Positions 55,074 through 64,000 of a stretch of 64,000 nucleotides of DNA are shown here, in pieces. The stretch comes from an uncultured Bacilli bacterium (GTDB taxonomy: Bacteria > Bacillota_I > Bacilli_A > RF39 > UBA660), in NCBI GenBank assembly GCA_934141145.1, contig CAKPCA010000004.1, positions 802 through 64,801 of the forward strand. The letters are read 5' to 3'. How positions within the stretch are numbered: the first letter of the stretch is position 1; each line of letters opens with the position of its first letter. The notes under the pieces were generated by a model that searched no databases, was not told where the DNA came from, and saw nothing but the letters and a program-made list of their open reading frames with translations. Made by a program: the position numbers and the translations under genes.

Positions 55074-56054
55074 TTAGTTTTCCGCTTCCTCAAGCATATT
55101 AGTTATAAATATTCCGTATCCTTTTTTACAATCATTAACAATTACGTGTGTTACTGCGCCTATTACTTTATTATTTTGAATTATTGGAGAACCACTCATA
55201 CCTTGAATTATACCACCTGTTTTATTTAAAAGTGCAGTATCTGTTATTGTAAAAACAATATTCTTTGTTGAATCCTTAGTATTTATATCATCAATATTTA
55301 TAGTATAAGATTTAACTTCTTCACCATCTAATACTGTTAATATACTGGCTTCTCCTTTTTCTATTTCTTCTTTTTTACCTACTTCATATAAATTACTATT
55401 ATTTATAGTGCTTGTATATGTCCCAAAAATTCCCTTTATTGTATTCTCATCAATAACACCATAAGTTTTATCTTGGTCTACAGTAGCTTCTTTTTCACCG
55501 GGAGTTCCATTTACTGACTTTTTAGTGCCTGTTATATACGAATAATATATAGAACCATCATTTATATTTAAGATACTTTCAGTATTTTTATCTAATATTT
55601 CATGACCCAATGCTCCAAACTTTTTAGTATTTGGATCTATAAATGTTAGTGTTCCTATACCATTTATAGTATCTTTTACATATATACCTGTTTTAAGTTC
55701 ACCTTCATGATTTACTATTTTTAATGATCCATTATAGCTTTTACCTTTTCTATTATACTCAATATCTATATCTGTCCTACTTTTATCATTATTTATTTCA
55801 TTAGTAAAATCACTTATATTATTAATAACACGATTATTTACTTTAGTTATGTAGTCTCCGGGTTTTAAGCCAGAAGATTCTGCAATAAGTTCATTATTTA
55901 TTTTATATAAACCTATAACCAATATTCCTTTTGTTTTAACTTCTATACCTATATTTTGCCCACCAACTATTATTTTATTTGAATAAGCAAATACATTTGT
56001 TGGTATAATAATTAATGAAATTAGAAGCATTAAAAAAATTTTTTTAAATTTCAT
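55074..56054 (-). CDS. spoIVB: SpoIVB peptidase (S55), sporulation signalling protease
   Basis: It has a signal anchor, a PDZ-like region (GLKPGDYITKVN), GTLTFIDPNTKKFGALGH and the catalytic GMSGSPII block. Confidence 0.85.
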   Translation of the reverse strand: MKFKKIFLMLLISLIIIPTNVFAYSNKIIVGGQNIGIEVKTKGILVIGLYKINNELIAESSGLKPGDYITKVNNRVINNISDFTNEINNDKSRTDIDIEYNRKGKSYNGSLKIVNHEGELKTGIYVKDTINGIGTLTFIDPNTKKFGALGHEILDKNTESILNINDGSIYYSYITGTKKSVNGTPGEKEATVDQDKTYGVIDENTIKGIFGTYTSTINNSNLYEVGKKEEIEKGEASILTVLDGEEVKSYTINIDDINTKDSTKNIVFTITDTALLNKTGGIIQGMSGSPIIQNNKVIGAVTHVIVNDCKKGYGIFITNMLEEAEN

Positions 56055-56154
56055 AATGCACTTCCTTTGTAATTCGAATTACATTATTATTATGAGATTA
56101 AATAAAAAAATTATAGTAATAAAAAAATGGAAGTAAAGTTATTTTTTTCCATTT

Positions 56155-57387
56155 TTATTGCGCAACTGGCATACTAATATATGGTGCAGAAGAATAATGT
56201 AATAATTTTATATCTTCATTACCTGTTGCATTTTCTTTTAAGTATTCTTTATCACTATTTACTTTATTACTAAATGCATAAAAATCATCTTTAGATGCAA
56301 GTTCTAATTTTGGTTTTTGTTTTGTAAGCATAAGTTCAAAAATTTGAAGATCCTTTTTTGCATCATTAAATTCTGCTTGTGCTTCTTCATTATCTGGATT
56401 ATTATTTAAATATTCTTCCCTTTCATCTTTAGTAGATTTAAGTGCATTATAAAATTCTTCTAAGTTATTATCGCTATTTTCGTTAATAATTTTTTCAAAT
56501 TTAAGCATTTTTTCATAATTTGTAAGTTGTTTTTTAATTCCATCTATTTGATTAACATAAATATGTGCATCAGCAATATTATAATATAATTTACCAACTT
56601 TTAAGCCAGACACTTTAGCAAGAAGTGACATTAAAATTGCATACTGACTTATATTAAATGGAAGACCTAGCGGAACATCTGCACTTCTTTGATCAACAAA
56701 ACAATTTAACCTTCCTTTATAAACCTTATATTCATTACTCCATACACAAGATGGAAGTACTGCTGTTCTTAGATCAGCATCTTGCCATAAACTTATAAGC
56801 ATTCTTCTATCATGAGGATTATTTTTAAGTGCATTAAGTACATAATCAAGTCTTTTATATTTATTAATTATATAACCATATGCTGTACCAATTGTACCAG
56901 CGTATTCTTTTCCATAAAATTTTGCTTCTTTAATATTTTTACCTTCGATATTTGATTTAGCTTTCATTCCTATAATTATATTACCATCTAAATCATATAC
57001 ATTTACTTCTTTATCTTTATCATAATTTTCAGTAGTAGATTCATATATTCTATATATTCCATCAGAATCTACTTTCCACTTATCCCAAATTTTGTTGCCT
57101 CTTTCTTTTAACCAAGATACATCATTAGTTTGTGCTTGATAAATCCAAAGTAGTTCACTAAGAGCATTTTTTAACACTATTTTTTTAGATTCAAGAATAG
57201 GAAATTCATTTCCTACATCAAATACATATCCACCACCAGGAATACTTAAAGTATCTACACTAGTTCTATTTTCAAAAAGTTCCCCTTCACTAAGTATCTT
57301 TTTTAATAGCTCACAATATTGTTTATCAAAATCTCTAACAATAGCATTTTCTCTATTTATTTTTACTTCTTTACCATTTATAACCAT
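56155..57387 (-). CDS. thyA: Thymidylate synthase ThyA with two large insertions (410 aa)
   Basis: It has NRTSVDTLS, FPILESKK, LSELLWIY, PHDRRMLISLW, the catalytic LPSC, DQRSADVPLGLPFNI, and a C-terminal ...PYISMPVAQ equivalent to the canonical ...APVAI tail. Confidence 0.85.
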   Translation of the reverse strand: MVINGKEVKINRENAIVRDFDKQYCELLKKILSEGELFENRTSVDTLSIPGGGYVFDVGNEFPILESKKIVLKNALSELLWIYQAQTNDVSWLKERGNKIWDKWKVDSDGIYRIYESTTENYDKDKEVNVYDLDGNIIIGMKAKSNIEGKNIKEAKFYGKEYAGTIGTAYGYIINKYKRLDYVLNALKNNPHDRRMLISLWQDADLRTAVLPSCVWSNEYKVYKGRLNCFVDQRSADVPLGLPFNISQYAILMSLLAKVSGLKVGKLYYNIADAHIYVNQIDGIKKQLTNYEKMLKFEKIINENSDNNLEEFYNALKSTKDEREEYLNNNPDNEEAQAEFNDAKKDLQIFELMLTKQKPKLELASKDDFYAFSNKVNSDKEYLKENATGNEDIKLLHYSSAPYISMPVAQ

Positions 57388-57405
57388 AAAAATCTCCTAT
57401 TTTTT

Positions 57406-57630
57406 TTATTCTTCTGCTTTAAATTCTCCTAAAGAGCCATCTTCTTTTAATATTTCATTAACTGCTTTTTCTGCTTCATCTAATTTTTTAGAACATTCTT
57501 TAGCTAATTTCATTGCTTCAGTATATTTATTTATAGCATCGTCAAGATCTACATTACCATTTTCAAGTTCTTTTACTATACTTTCTAATTCACTTAATTT
57601 TTCTTCAAATTTCTTTTCTTCTTTTGCCAT
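57406..57630 (-). CDS. xseB: Exodeoxyribonuclease VII small subunit
   Basis: 74 aa. FEEKLSELESIVKELENGNVDLDDAINKYTEAMKLAKEC is the XseB pattern. Confidence 0.85.
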   Translation of the reverse strand: MAKEEKKFEEKLSELESIVKELENGNVDLDDAINKYTEAMKLAKECSKKLDEAEKAVNEILKEDGSLGEFKAEE

Positions 57631-57631
57631 T

Positions 57632-58900
57632 TTAGTTCTCCTTTATATTTATTACTTCTGATGAAATAATACCATCTTTAAAAGTAATTTCTAATTTATC
57701 TTTTACTTTTATATTTTTTGCAGTATTTACTACTTTATTATCTATTTTTGTTATTGTATAACCTCTTTTTAAAGTATTAAGTGGATTTAATATTTCAAGC
57801 TTATTTACTATATTTTCATAGTCATTATTTTTCTTTTCTAATATTTTTTTAGGATTTGTAAATATATAACTTTGTTTGATATTACAAAATCTTATTTTTA
57901 CTGTATCCATCTTATTTATAATAACATTTTTAAGTCTTTCTATATAATTAGATAATTTTTCTTCTTTTACTTCATAAATACTCATTGGACTTTTTAATAT
58001 ATAACTAGTTTTTAATTTATTTAATTTTTCTTTATTTATTTCTATTTTATTTTTAATATCTTTATTTACTCGAAGTTCATACTGCTTTATTAATTTTTTT
58101 AATTCTTCTTTATCTGGTACTGCAAGTTCTGCTGCTCCTGTTGGAGTTACTGCTCTTACATCTGAGACAAAATCACTAATAGTAAAATCTATTTCATGAC
58201 CTACAGCACTTATTACTGGAGTCTTACACTCATATATTGCTCTTGCAACTACTTCTTCATTAAATGCCCATAAATCTTCAAGTGATCCTCCACCTCTACC
58301 TACTATTAGAGTATCAAGATTATAAGTATCTGCTATTTTTATATTTCTTACAATATCATCTTTTGCTTCTCTTCCTTGTACTAAAGATGGAAAAAGAATA
58401 ACTTCACAAAGAGGATACCTTCTATTAATAGTTGAAATTATATCTTTAATAGCTGCTCCTGTAGGTGCTGTTACTACACCTATTCTATTTGGTATTTTTG
58501 GTATTTGTTTTTTATGTGCTTTATCAAATAATCCTTCTTTTTCTAAATCTTTTTTTAATTTTTCAAACAAAGCATATAAATTACCAATACCATCTTCCAT
58601 CATATCAGTAACATATATTTGATAATTACCAGTTTGTTCAAATACACTAATTCTACCCTTTACAAGTACTTTCATTCCGTCTATAGGTTCAAAATTTATA
58701 TTTTTCGTACTACTTGCAAACATAATAGCATTAATTCTTGATTCTTCATCTTTAATAGTAAAATAGAAATGACCTCTTGAATGATGTTTAAAGTTAGATA
58801 TTTCACCTTTAATATAAACTTCATTCAAATTAGCATCATTATCTATCTTATATTTAATATAACGAGTTAAAGCCGCTACTGTTATATAATTATTGTTCAT
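57632..58900 (-). CDS. xseA: Exodeoxyribonuclease VII large subunit
   Basis: The preferred start is the ATG at 58900. It has an OB-fold N-terminus (VYIKGEISNFKHHSRGHFYFTIKD) and the catalytic core GVVTAPTGAAIKDI...RGGGSLEDLWAFNEE. Confidence 0.9.
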   Translation of the reverse strand: MNNNYITVAALTRYIKYKIDNDANLNEVYIKGEISNFKHHSRGHFYFTIKDEESRINAIMFASSTKNINFEPIDGMKVLVKGRISVFEQTGNYQIYVTDMMEDGIGNLYALFEKLKKDLEKEGLFDKAHKKQIPKIPNRIGVVTAPTGAAIKDIISTINRRYPLCEVILFPSLVQGREAKDDIVRNIKIADTYNLDTLIVGRGGGSLEDLWAFNEEVVARAIYECKTPVISAVGHEIDFTISDFVSDVRAVTPTGAAELAVPDKEELKKLIKQYELRVNKDIKNKIEINKEKLNKLKTSYILKSPMSIYEVKEEKLSNYIERLKNVIINKMDTVKIRFCNIKQSYIFTNPKKILEKKNNDYENIVNKLEILNPLNTLKRGYTITKIDNKVVNTAKNIKVKDKLEITFKDGIISSEVINIKEN

Positions 58901-59294
58901 CTTTTTCACCATGATAAATACTATCAAGTACTGCATTTATCATATTTTTTACTTTTTCATCTGAATATTCTTTAGCAAGTGCGACTGCTTCATTTATTGC
59001 GACTATTTCTGGTGTATCAGTATAAACTAGTTCATATATTCCCATTCTAAGAATTGCTTGATCTGTTTTACCAAGTCTATCGATAGTCCAATCTTTTAAA
59101 TGTTTATTTGCAATTTTATCAATATCATTTTTATATTCTAGTACTCCATTTACTATTTGATTTACAAATTCATTTTCAACAGGTACTGATTCTTTTATAA
59201 CATCATTTACAGTATAATCTATATCATTTGAATCATATAAAAATATTTGATATAAAATTGTCATTATCTTTTTTCTAAGTTCTGTTCTATTCAT
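58890..59294 (-). CDS. nusB: Transcription antitermination factor NusB
   Basis: The start is the ATG at 59294 behind GGGTGA. The sequence MNRTELRKKIMTILYQ...DRLGKTDQAILRMGIYEL...P..VAINEAVALAKEY is the NusB pattern. Confidence 0.85.
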   Translation of the reverse strand: MNRTELRKKIMTILYQIFLYDSNDIDYTVNDVIKESVPVENEFVNQIVNGVLEYKNDIDKIANKHLKDWTIDRLGKTDQAILRMGIYELVYTDTPEIVAINEAVALAKEYSDEKVKNMINAVLDSIYHGEKDEQ

Positions 59295-59369
59295 AAATAT
59301 CACCCAATACAATTTTATCACATAAAAAACAAAAAAACTATTATAAAATAGCTCTATTTGTCAAAATAA

Positions 59370-59963
59370 TTACATTTCTCTTACTAATTTTTTAAAACAT
59401 CTAGTTTTTTCTGGTTTAAGATAAAAATATATATCAATTGGCATTGTTAAACCGCATAATAACAATAGTATAATAGTTAGATAAAATTTAAAACTAATTA
59501 CTTTTTTATCAGTCATATAATTTATATTAGAATAATATTTATTACTAAAATATTTATTATTAGTGTTATACTCTAATTTTTCTTTTATATCTTTCATATT
59601 TGAATCAAAATCTAATTGTCTTAATGTTACTTTATTAGTTAATGCAGTATTTTCTGTTAATGCGACTAAAATATCTTCACCTTCTATATTCAAAGAATAT
59701 ATATTTATTTTATCATCTTCATTACTTATAATTTGATACTTCATTAACTTTGCATTAGTCAAATCAAGTGTTACAAATCTTTCATTAGAATTTGATAATA
59801 CTAATAAACTATTTCTATCATTAATAATATTAGTTCCTTTAAATATAGACATATATAATTTAGAATTTAATATAGTAGTAAGTAAGCAAAATAATATTAT
59901 TACAAACTTTAATACTATATTTTCCATTTTTCCTCTTCTTGATATTTCGATATATTCTTTCAT
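59370..59963 (-). CDS. Hypothetical membrane protein
   Basis: It has one N-terminal and one C-terminal TM helix. No motif recognised, and the start is uncertain. Confidence 0.4.
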   Translation of the reverse strand: MKEYIEISRRGKMENIVLKFVIILFCLLTTILNSKLYMSIFKGTNIINDRNSLLVLSNSNERFVTLDLTNAKLMKYQIISNEDDKINIYSLNIEGEDILVALTENTALTNKVTLRQLDFDSNMKDIKEKLEYNTNNKYFSNKYYSNINYMTDKKVISFKFYLTIILLLLCGLTMPIDIYFYLKPEKTRCFKKLVREM

Positions 59964-60018
59964 AAATTTCTCCTACTATAAGAATTATATCACTAAATAT
60001 ATATTTTTAACAAGATAA

Positions 60019-61413
60019 TTATTTTCTAAAAAAGTTAAGATAAGTTTTATATGCAGAATATATATCATATTTGCTTGTTACTTCATATGGTGCATGCATT
60101 GATAAAACTCCTATACCGCAGTCTACTACTTCTATACCTTTATCTGCTAATATATATGCAATAGTGCCTCCACCACCTATATCTACTTTACCAAGTTCTG
60201 ATACTTGATACTTTATATTATTTTCTTCTAGTATATTTCTTACGTATGCCATAAACTCTGCATTTGCGTCACTAGCACCACTTTTGCCTCTTGAACCTGT
60301 ATACTTATTAAGTACTACGCCATATCCAATTTTAGATGCATTATTTATTTCTGATACATTCTTATAAATTGGGTCAAATCCAGCATCTACATCCGCAGAA
60401 AGCATTTTAGAATTCATAAATACTTTATCAATCATATTAGGCATATTTTCACCCTTTTTATCTAGTAATAAAGATATAAAATAATTAAATGCATTAGATG
60501 CCATACCTGTATTTCCAACACTACCTATTTCTTCTTTATCAGATAAAATACATACACAAGTTTTAGAATTTTCTCTTATATCTAATATTGATTTTAAAGA
60601 TGCAAAAGAACAAACTTTATCATCTTGACCATATGCAGCGACCATTGATTCATCAAAGCCTAAACTTCTTGCTTTAAATGCTGGGACTAATTCTATTTCT
60701 GAACTTAAGAAATCTTTTTCTGTTATACCATATTTTTGATTTAATATGTTTAATATATTTATTTTAGATCCAGAATCTACACTATATGGAATACTTCCAA
60801 TTAATAAATTTAAATCTTCTCCTTCTATTGCATTACTTAGTTTTTTATTCATTTGATCAGTTGCTAAATGGGGTAATAAATCAGTAATAGTAAATATAGG
60901 ATCACTATCTTTTTCACCAATTTCTATATCAATTTTTTCACCATTTGTTTTAACAACAGTACCATGTATTGCTAAAGGTATTGTAGTCCATTGATATTTT
61001 TTTATACCTCCATAATAATGAGTCTTAAAATATGTAAGTCCATTATCTTCATATATAGGATTTGGTTTTAAATCAAGTCTTGGTGAATCTATATGCGCAC
61101 CTACTAAATTAAGACCATTTTCAAGTACTTCTTTACCTATTACTGCAATAAATACACTTTTATTTCTATTTATATAGTATACTCTATCGCCATATTTTAA
61201 ACTGTCCATATCATTTATATCTTTAAAGCCATTTTCTTTTAACATACTAAGTACAGTCTTAGTAGCTTCTCTTTCTGTTTTACTTTTATTCATAAATGAC
61301 ATGTATTCTTCTGCAAAAGAAAATATCTTATTTCTTTCTAGTGCATCTACTTCATTCCAACCACATTTTTTATCATTGCATAATTTTTCTTTTATTATTT
61401 TATCATTTTCCAT
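60019..61413 (-). CDS. M18-family aminopeptidase
   Basis: GAHIDSPRLDLKPNP, DKEEIGS and the C-terminal MHAPYE blocks are typical of M18 aspartyl/leucyl aminopeptidases. Confidence 0.8.
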   Translation of the reverse strand: MENDKIIKEKLCNDKKCGWNEVDALERNKIFSFAEEYMSFMNKSKTEREATKTVLSMLKENGFKDINDMDSLKYGDRVYYINRNKSVFIAVIGKEVLENGLNLVGAHIDSPRLDLKPNPIYEDNGLTYFKTHYYGGIKKYQWTTIPLAIHGTVVKTNGEKIDIEIGEKDSDPIFTITDLLPHLATDQMNKKLSNAIEGEDLNLLIGSIPYSVDSGSKINILNILNQKYGITEKDFLSSEIELVPAFKARSLGFDESMVAAYGQDDKVCSFASLKSILDIRENSKTCVCILSDKEEIGSVGNTGMASNAFNYFISLLLDKKGENMPNMIDKVFMNSKMLSADVDAGFDPIYKNVSEINNASKIGYGVVLNKYTGSRGKSGASDANAEFMAYVRNILEENNIKYQVSELGKVDIGGGGTIAYILADKGIEVVDCGIGVLSMHAPYEVTSKYDIYSAYKTYLNFFRK

Positions 61414-61470
61414 ATTTATCCTCCTAGTATTATTATACCATGATTTTATTTAAATATTAAAAAAAGAAGC

Positions 61471-62004
61471 TTATTTTAAAGCTTCTAATAATTCTGCCTT
61501 TTTCATAGTAGATGCTCCTGCTATATTTTTTTCTTTAGCAAGTGCTTTTAATTCTGCTACTGTCATTTTACTTAAATCAGTAGTTTCTTTTTTAGCATCT
61601 TCTTTTACAGTTTTAGTAGTTTTTACTTCTTCTTTCTTTACTGTTTTTCCATTTAGAGCATCTTTAGCTTCTTTTACTAATGAAGCAAATGCTTCTTTAT
61701 CTGAAATTGCAAGTTCTGATAACATTTTTCTATTGATTACTATTCCTGCTTTGTTAAGACCATCTATGAATTTAGAATAACTAATATCGTTATTTCTGCA
61801 TTCTGCATTAATACGAGTTATCCATAATTTTCTGAAATTTCTCTTATTTTGTCTTCTATCTCTATATGCATATTTACCTGAATGCATTAATTGTTCTTTA
61901 GCAGTTTTAAATAATCTATGTTTACTACCAAAGTAACCTCTTGCTCTTTTTAATATCTTTTTGTGTCTTGCTTTTGTTGTAACACCTGTTTTTACTCTTG
62001 CCAT
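61471..62004 (-). CDS. rplT: 50S ribosomal protein L20 with a roughly 57-aa C-terminal extension ending in a Rho_N/HeH (SAP-like) motif
   Basis: [38 protein letters not shown]...[18 protein letters not shown] is canonical L20 (about 119 aa). A K/E-rich linker and [35 protein letters not shown] follow. Confidence 0.9.
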   Translation of the reverse strand: MARVKTGVTTKARHKKILKRARGYFGSKHRLFKTAKEQLMHSGKYAYRDRRQNKRNFRKLWITRINAECRNNDISYSKFIDGLNKAGIVINRKMLSELAISDKEAFASLVKEAKDALNGKTVKKEEVKTTKTVKEDAKKETTDLSKMTVAELKALAKEKNIAGASTMKKAELLEALK

Positions 62005-62022
62005 TTTACTTTTCCCCCTTTA

Positions 62023-62229
62023 CTATTGCATTCTGTCTATAAGTCTTTTTAATCTCTTTGAATCAGCACTTGATAGACTAGAACCCTTTCTTAAATTTCT
62101 CATTCTTGCAGCACTATAACCTACTGTTTTATGGTTAGCTCCTGGTTTTTTGAATTTAGCTGAACCGCTATTTCTAAGCATAATAGATTTTTTAGTACCT
62201 TTATGTGTTTTTTGTTTAATTTTTCCCAT
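62023..62229 (-). CDS. rpmI: 50S ribosomal protein L35
   Basis: The start is the ATG at 62229 behind AAGGAAGG. MGKIKQKTHKGTKKS... is a basic 68-aa protein between infC and rplT. Confidence 0.85.
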   Translation of the reverse strand: MGKIKQKTHKGTKKSIMLRNSGSAKFKKPGANHKTVGYSAARMRNLRKGSSLSSADSKRLKRLIDRMQ

Positions 62230-62230
62230 A

Positions 62231-62764
62231 CTATTTACCTTCCTTCTTGATTGGTGCAATCATCATATACATACTTTTCATTTCCATTGTTGGTTCTTTT
62301 TCAACTACACCGTAGTCCTTTATTGCATCAGCAAATCTAAGCATAACATCTTTACCTAATTCAGTATGTGCAAGTTCTCTTCCTTTAAATCTGATTGTTA
62401 CCTTTATTTTATGACCTTTTTCTAGATATTTATTTACTTGTTTTACTCTTGTATTAAAGTCATGAATATCAATATTAACTGATAATCTAAATTCTTTTAA
62501 TTCAGTATTATTTTCTCTTTGTTTCTTATAAGCCTCTTTTTGCTTCTTCTGTTTTTCATATTTGAATTTATTATAATCCATTATTTTACAAACAGTTTTA
62601 TCTGCATTTTGACTTATTAAAACAAGATCAAAACCTGCGACTGATGCAAGTGTTAATGCATCTTCTCTTGTTTTTAAACCTAATTGTTCTCCTTTAGGTC
62701 CTATTACTAAAACTTCCTTTGCCCTTATTTGCTCATTTATAGGCATTTCTCTTTCCTTTGCTAT
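62231..62764 (-). CDS. infC: Translation initiation factor IF-3 (start codon ambiguous: ATA at 62764 or ATG at 62746)
   Basis: INEQIRAKEVLVIGPKGEQLGLKTREDALTLA...DLVLISQNADKTVCKIMDYNKFKYEKQKKQKE is the IF-3 pattern. The strongest RBS (GGAGGTG, 62778-62772) sits 7 nt upstream of the ATA. Confidence 0.85.
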   Translation of the reverse strand: MAKEREMPINEQIRAKEVLVIGPKGEQLGLKTREDALTLASVAGFDLVLISQNADKTVCKIMDYNKFKYEKQKKQKEAYKKQRENNTELKEFRLSVNIDIHDFNTRVKQVNKYLEKGHKIKVTIRFKGRELAHTELGKDVMLRFADAIKDYGVVEKEPTMEMKSMYMMIAPIKKEGK

Positions 62765-62952
62765 TTCAAAGCACCTCCAATAAAAAAATGAATACAATGT
62801 ATTCACCTATAATCAAAAGACATATAAACTTATATATAAATATGGCCTTTGACCTATTACTTATACGTAATCAGGTGAGATATACATCTACTTTCCTTCG
62901 TTTTTCTTCAAAACTACGAACTAATTATATATTATTTTATATGTTTTGTAAA
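62765..62952 (-). promoter_or_regulatory. infC-rpmI-rplT promoter and leader with an attenuator hairpin (candidate L20-leader-type autoregulatory element)
   Basis: On the minus strand the promoter is TTTACA (62952-62947), 17 nt, TATAAT (62929-62924). A leader of about 150 nt follows. The hairpin TGAATAC-ATT-GTATTCA (62805-62789) plus TTTTTTT lies immediately upstream of the infC RBS. Confidence 0.5.
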
Positions 62953-62963
62953 GTATTTTTTAC

Positions 62964-63590
62964 TTATTTTCTTAGTTTTTGTATATTTTCTTCATAATCA
63001 TTAGAATTTGTTATATAACTACCAGATACTACAATATCTGCATAATTACTAATATATTTAATTGTTTCGTCATTTACTCCACCATCTACTTCTATAACAA
63101 AGTTATAAGATGGTTCAATCTCTTTTAATTCTTGCATTTTACATATAGTATCAGTCATAAATTTTTGACCACCTTTTCCAGGTATTACACTCATTACAAG
63201 AATTAAGTCTACAATTTCTAAATATGGATATATTTCTTCTAAATCAGTATCTGGATTAATAGCAAGCCCTACTTTAATACCTTTTTCTTTTACTTTATTT
63301 ATATATTCTAAAGTATCTTTTACTTCTACATGAAATGTAATAAATTCTGGGTTTAAAGTACTAAATTCTTCTATTTTTTTATCTAAATTAGTACTCATTA
63401 TATGAATATCTAATTTTTTATTTGTTATATCTTTTATATTTTTAAAATCATCTAAAGTAAATGATGAATTTGTTGTAAAAGATGAATCCATTATATCTAA
63501 GTGTATATAATCTGCACTTGTTTTATCTATTTTTTTTATTGCACTAATATAATTATCTTTTTCACTTAATATTGATACTGATACTTTCAT
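62964..63590 (-). CDS. rpe: Ribulose-phosphate 3-epimerase
   Basis: It has SILS...DYIHLDIMD, GLAINPDT, VMSVIPGKGGQKF and IEVDGGVN blocks. The MDGHFVPN motif is divergent (MDSSFTTN). Confidence 0.8.
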   Translation of the reverse strand: MKVSVSILSEKDNYISAIKKIDKTSADYIHLDIMDSSFTTNSSFTLDDFKNIKDITNKKLDIHIMSTNLDKKIEEFSTLNPEFITFHVEVKDTLEYINKVKEKGIKVGLAINPDTDLEEIYPYLEIVDLILVMSVIPGKGGQKFMTDTICKMQELKEIEPSYNFVIEVDGGVNDETIKYISNYADIVVSGSYITNSNDYEENIQKLRK

Positions 63591-63592
63591 AA

Positions 63593-64000
63593 TTATCTTT
63601 CCCTTTCTTTTTCAGAAATAAATTTTAAATAATTTTCATATCTACTTTTTAGAATAGTATTATCATTTACTTTTTTCTTTATTTCGCATTCATCTTCATT
63701 AATATGCATACAATCTCTATATTTGCATTTATCTTTATATTCATTAAATTCAATAAAGTTATCTCTAATATCTTCTTTTGTCATACTAAAAAAGTCTAAT
63801 TTAGAAAATCCTGGAGTATCACATGCAAGTCCATAATATATATTGTATAATGATGCACATCTCGTTGTATGTTTTCCTCTACCTAATGCTTTAGATATTT
63901 CTCCTGTTTGAAGTTCTAAAGTATTATCAAGTTTATTCATAAGAGATGATTTACCAACACCTGATTGACCAGTTAATATTACTACACTATTTTTAAATAT
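63593..64000 (-). CDS. rsgA: Ribosome small-subunit-dependent GTPase A (C-terminal part; N-terminus outside the window)
   Basis: The minus strand at the window edge reads ...LTGQSGVGKSSLMNKL.....LQTGEIS.ALGRGKHTTR...L......DTPGF, with a C-terminal zinc cluster C.YRDCMH..E..C. Confidence 0.8.
   Translation of the reverse strand: MFKNSVVILTGQSGVGKSSLMNKLDNTLELQTGEISKALGRGKHTTRCASLYNIYYGLACDTPGFSKLDFFSMTKEDIRDNFIEFNEYKDKCKYRDCMHINEDECEIKKKVNDNTILKSRYENYLKFISEKERER

Overview
This is a very AT-rich (about 25% G+C by eye) chromosomal segment from an endospore-forming, low-GC Firmicute. It uses the standard genetic code, and almost all genes are on the minus strand.

The backbone is housekeeping and sporulation genes:
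- DNA and chromosome: mutL (partial), uvrC, smc, rnc.
- Sporulation: sigG, ylmC/ymxH, spoIVB.
- Translation: alaS, valS, infC-rpmI-rplT, rsgA (partial).
- Other: yidD, mltG, cmk, thyA, xseAB, nusB, rpe.

Main non-backbone content:
1. sigK is split into two segments (54668-55048 and 46517-46891). The ~7.8 kb element between them resembles the known sigK-interrupting (skin) elements. It encodes a large serine recombinase, an excisionase-like helix-turn-helix (HTH) protein, several XRE repressors and lipoproteins. Its junctions can be read directly from the sequence.
2. Three adjacent genes encode 35-aa helical repeats that resemble mTERF motifs. One is fused in frame to cytidylate kinase. They sit between a T-box leader with an apparent Ala specifier and alaS.
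3. A second, paralogous T-box leader (Val) controls an HD-domain gene plus valS.
4. Two very large proteins carry type IV prepilin N-termini, with no pilus machinery nearby.
5. A dockerin-bearing M6-like metalloprotease is translationally coupled to a membrane-anchored surface protein.
6. A HigB/RelE-like toxin is paired with an XRE-ImmA antitoxin, with a palindromic operator upstream.
7. An amidoligase mini-module and an IS1595 transposase remnant are also present.

I saw no rRNA genes, tRNA genes or CRISPR arrays. All functional calls rest on motifs I recognised by eye. No database search was run.
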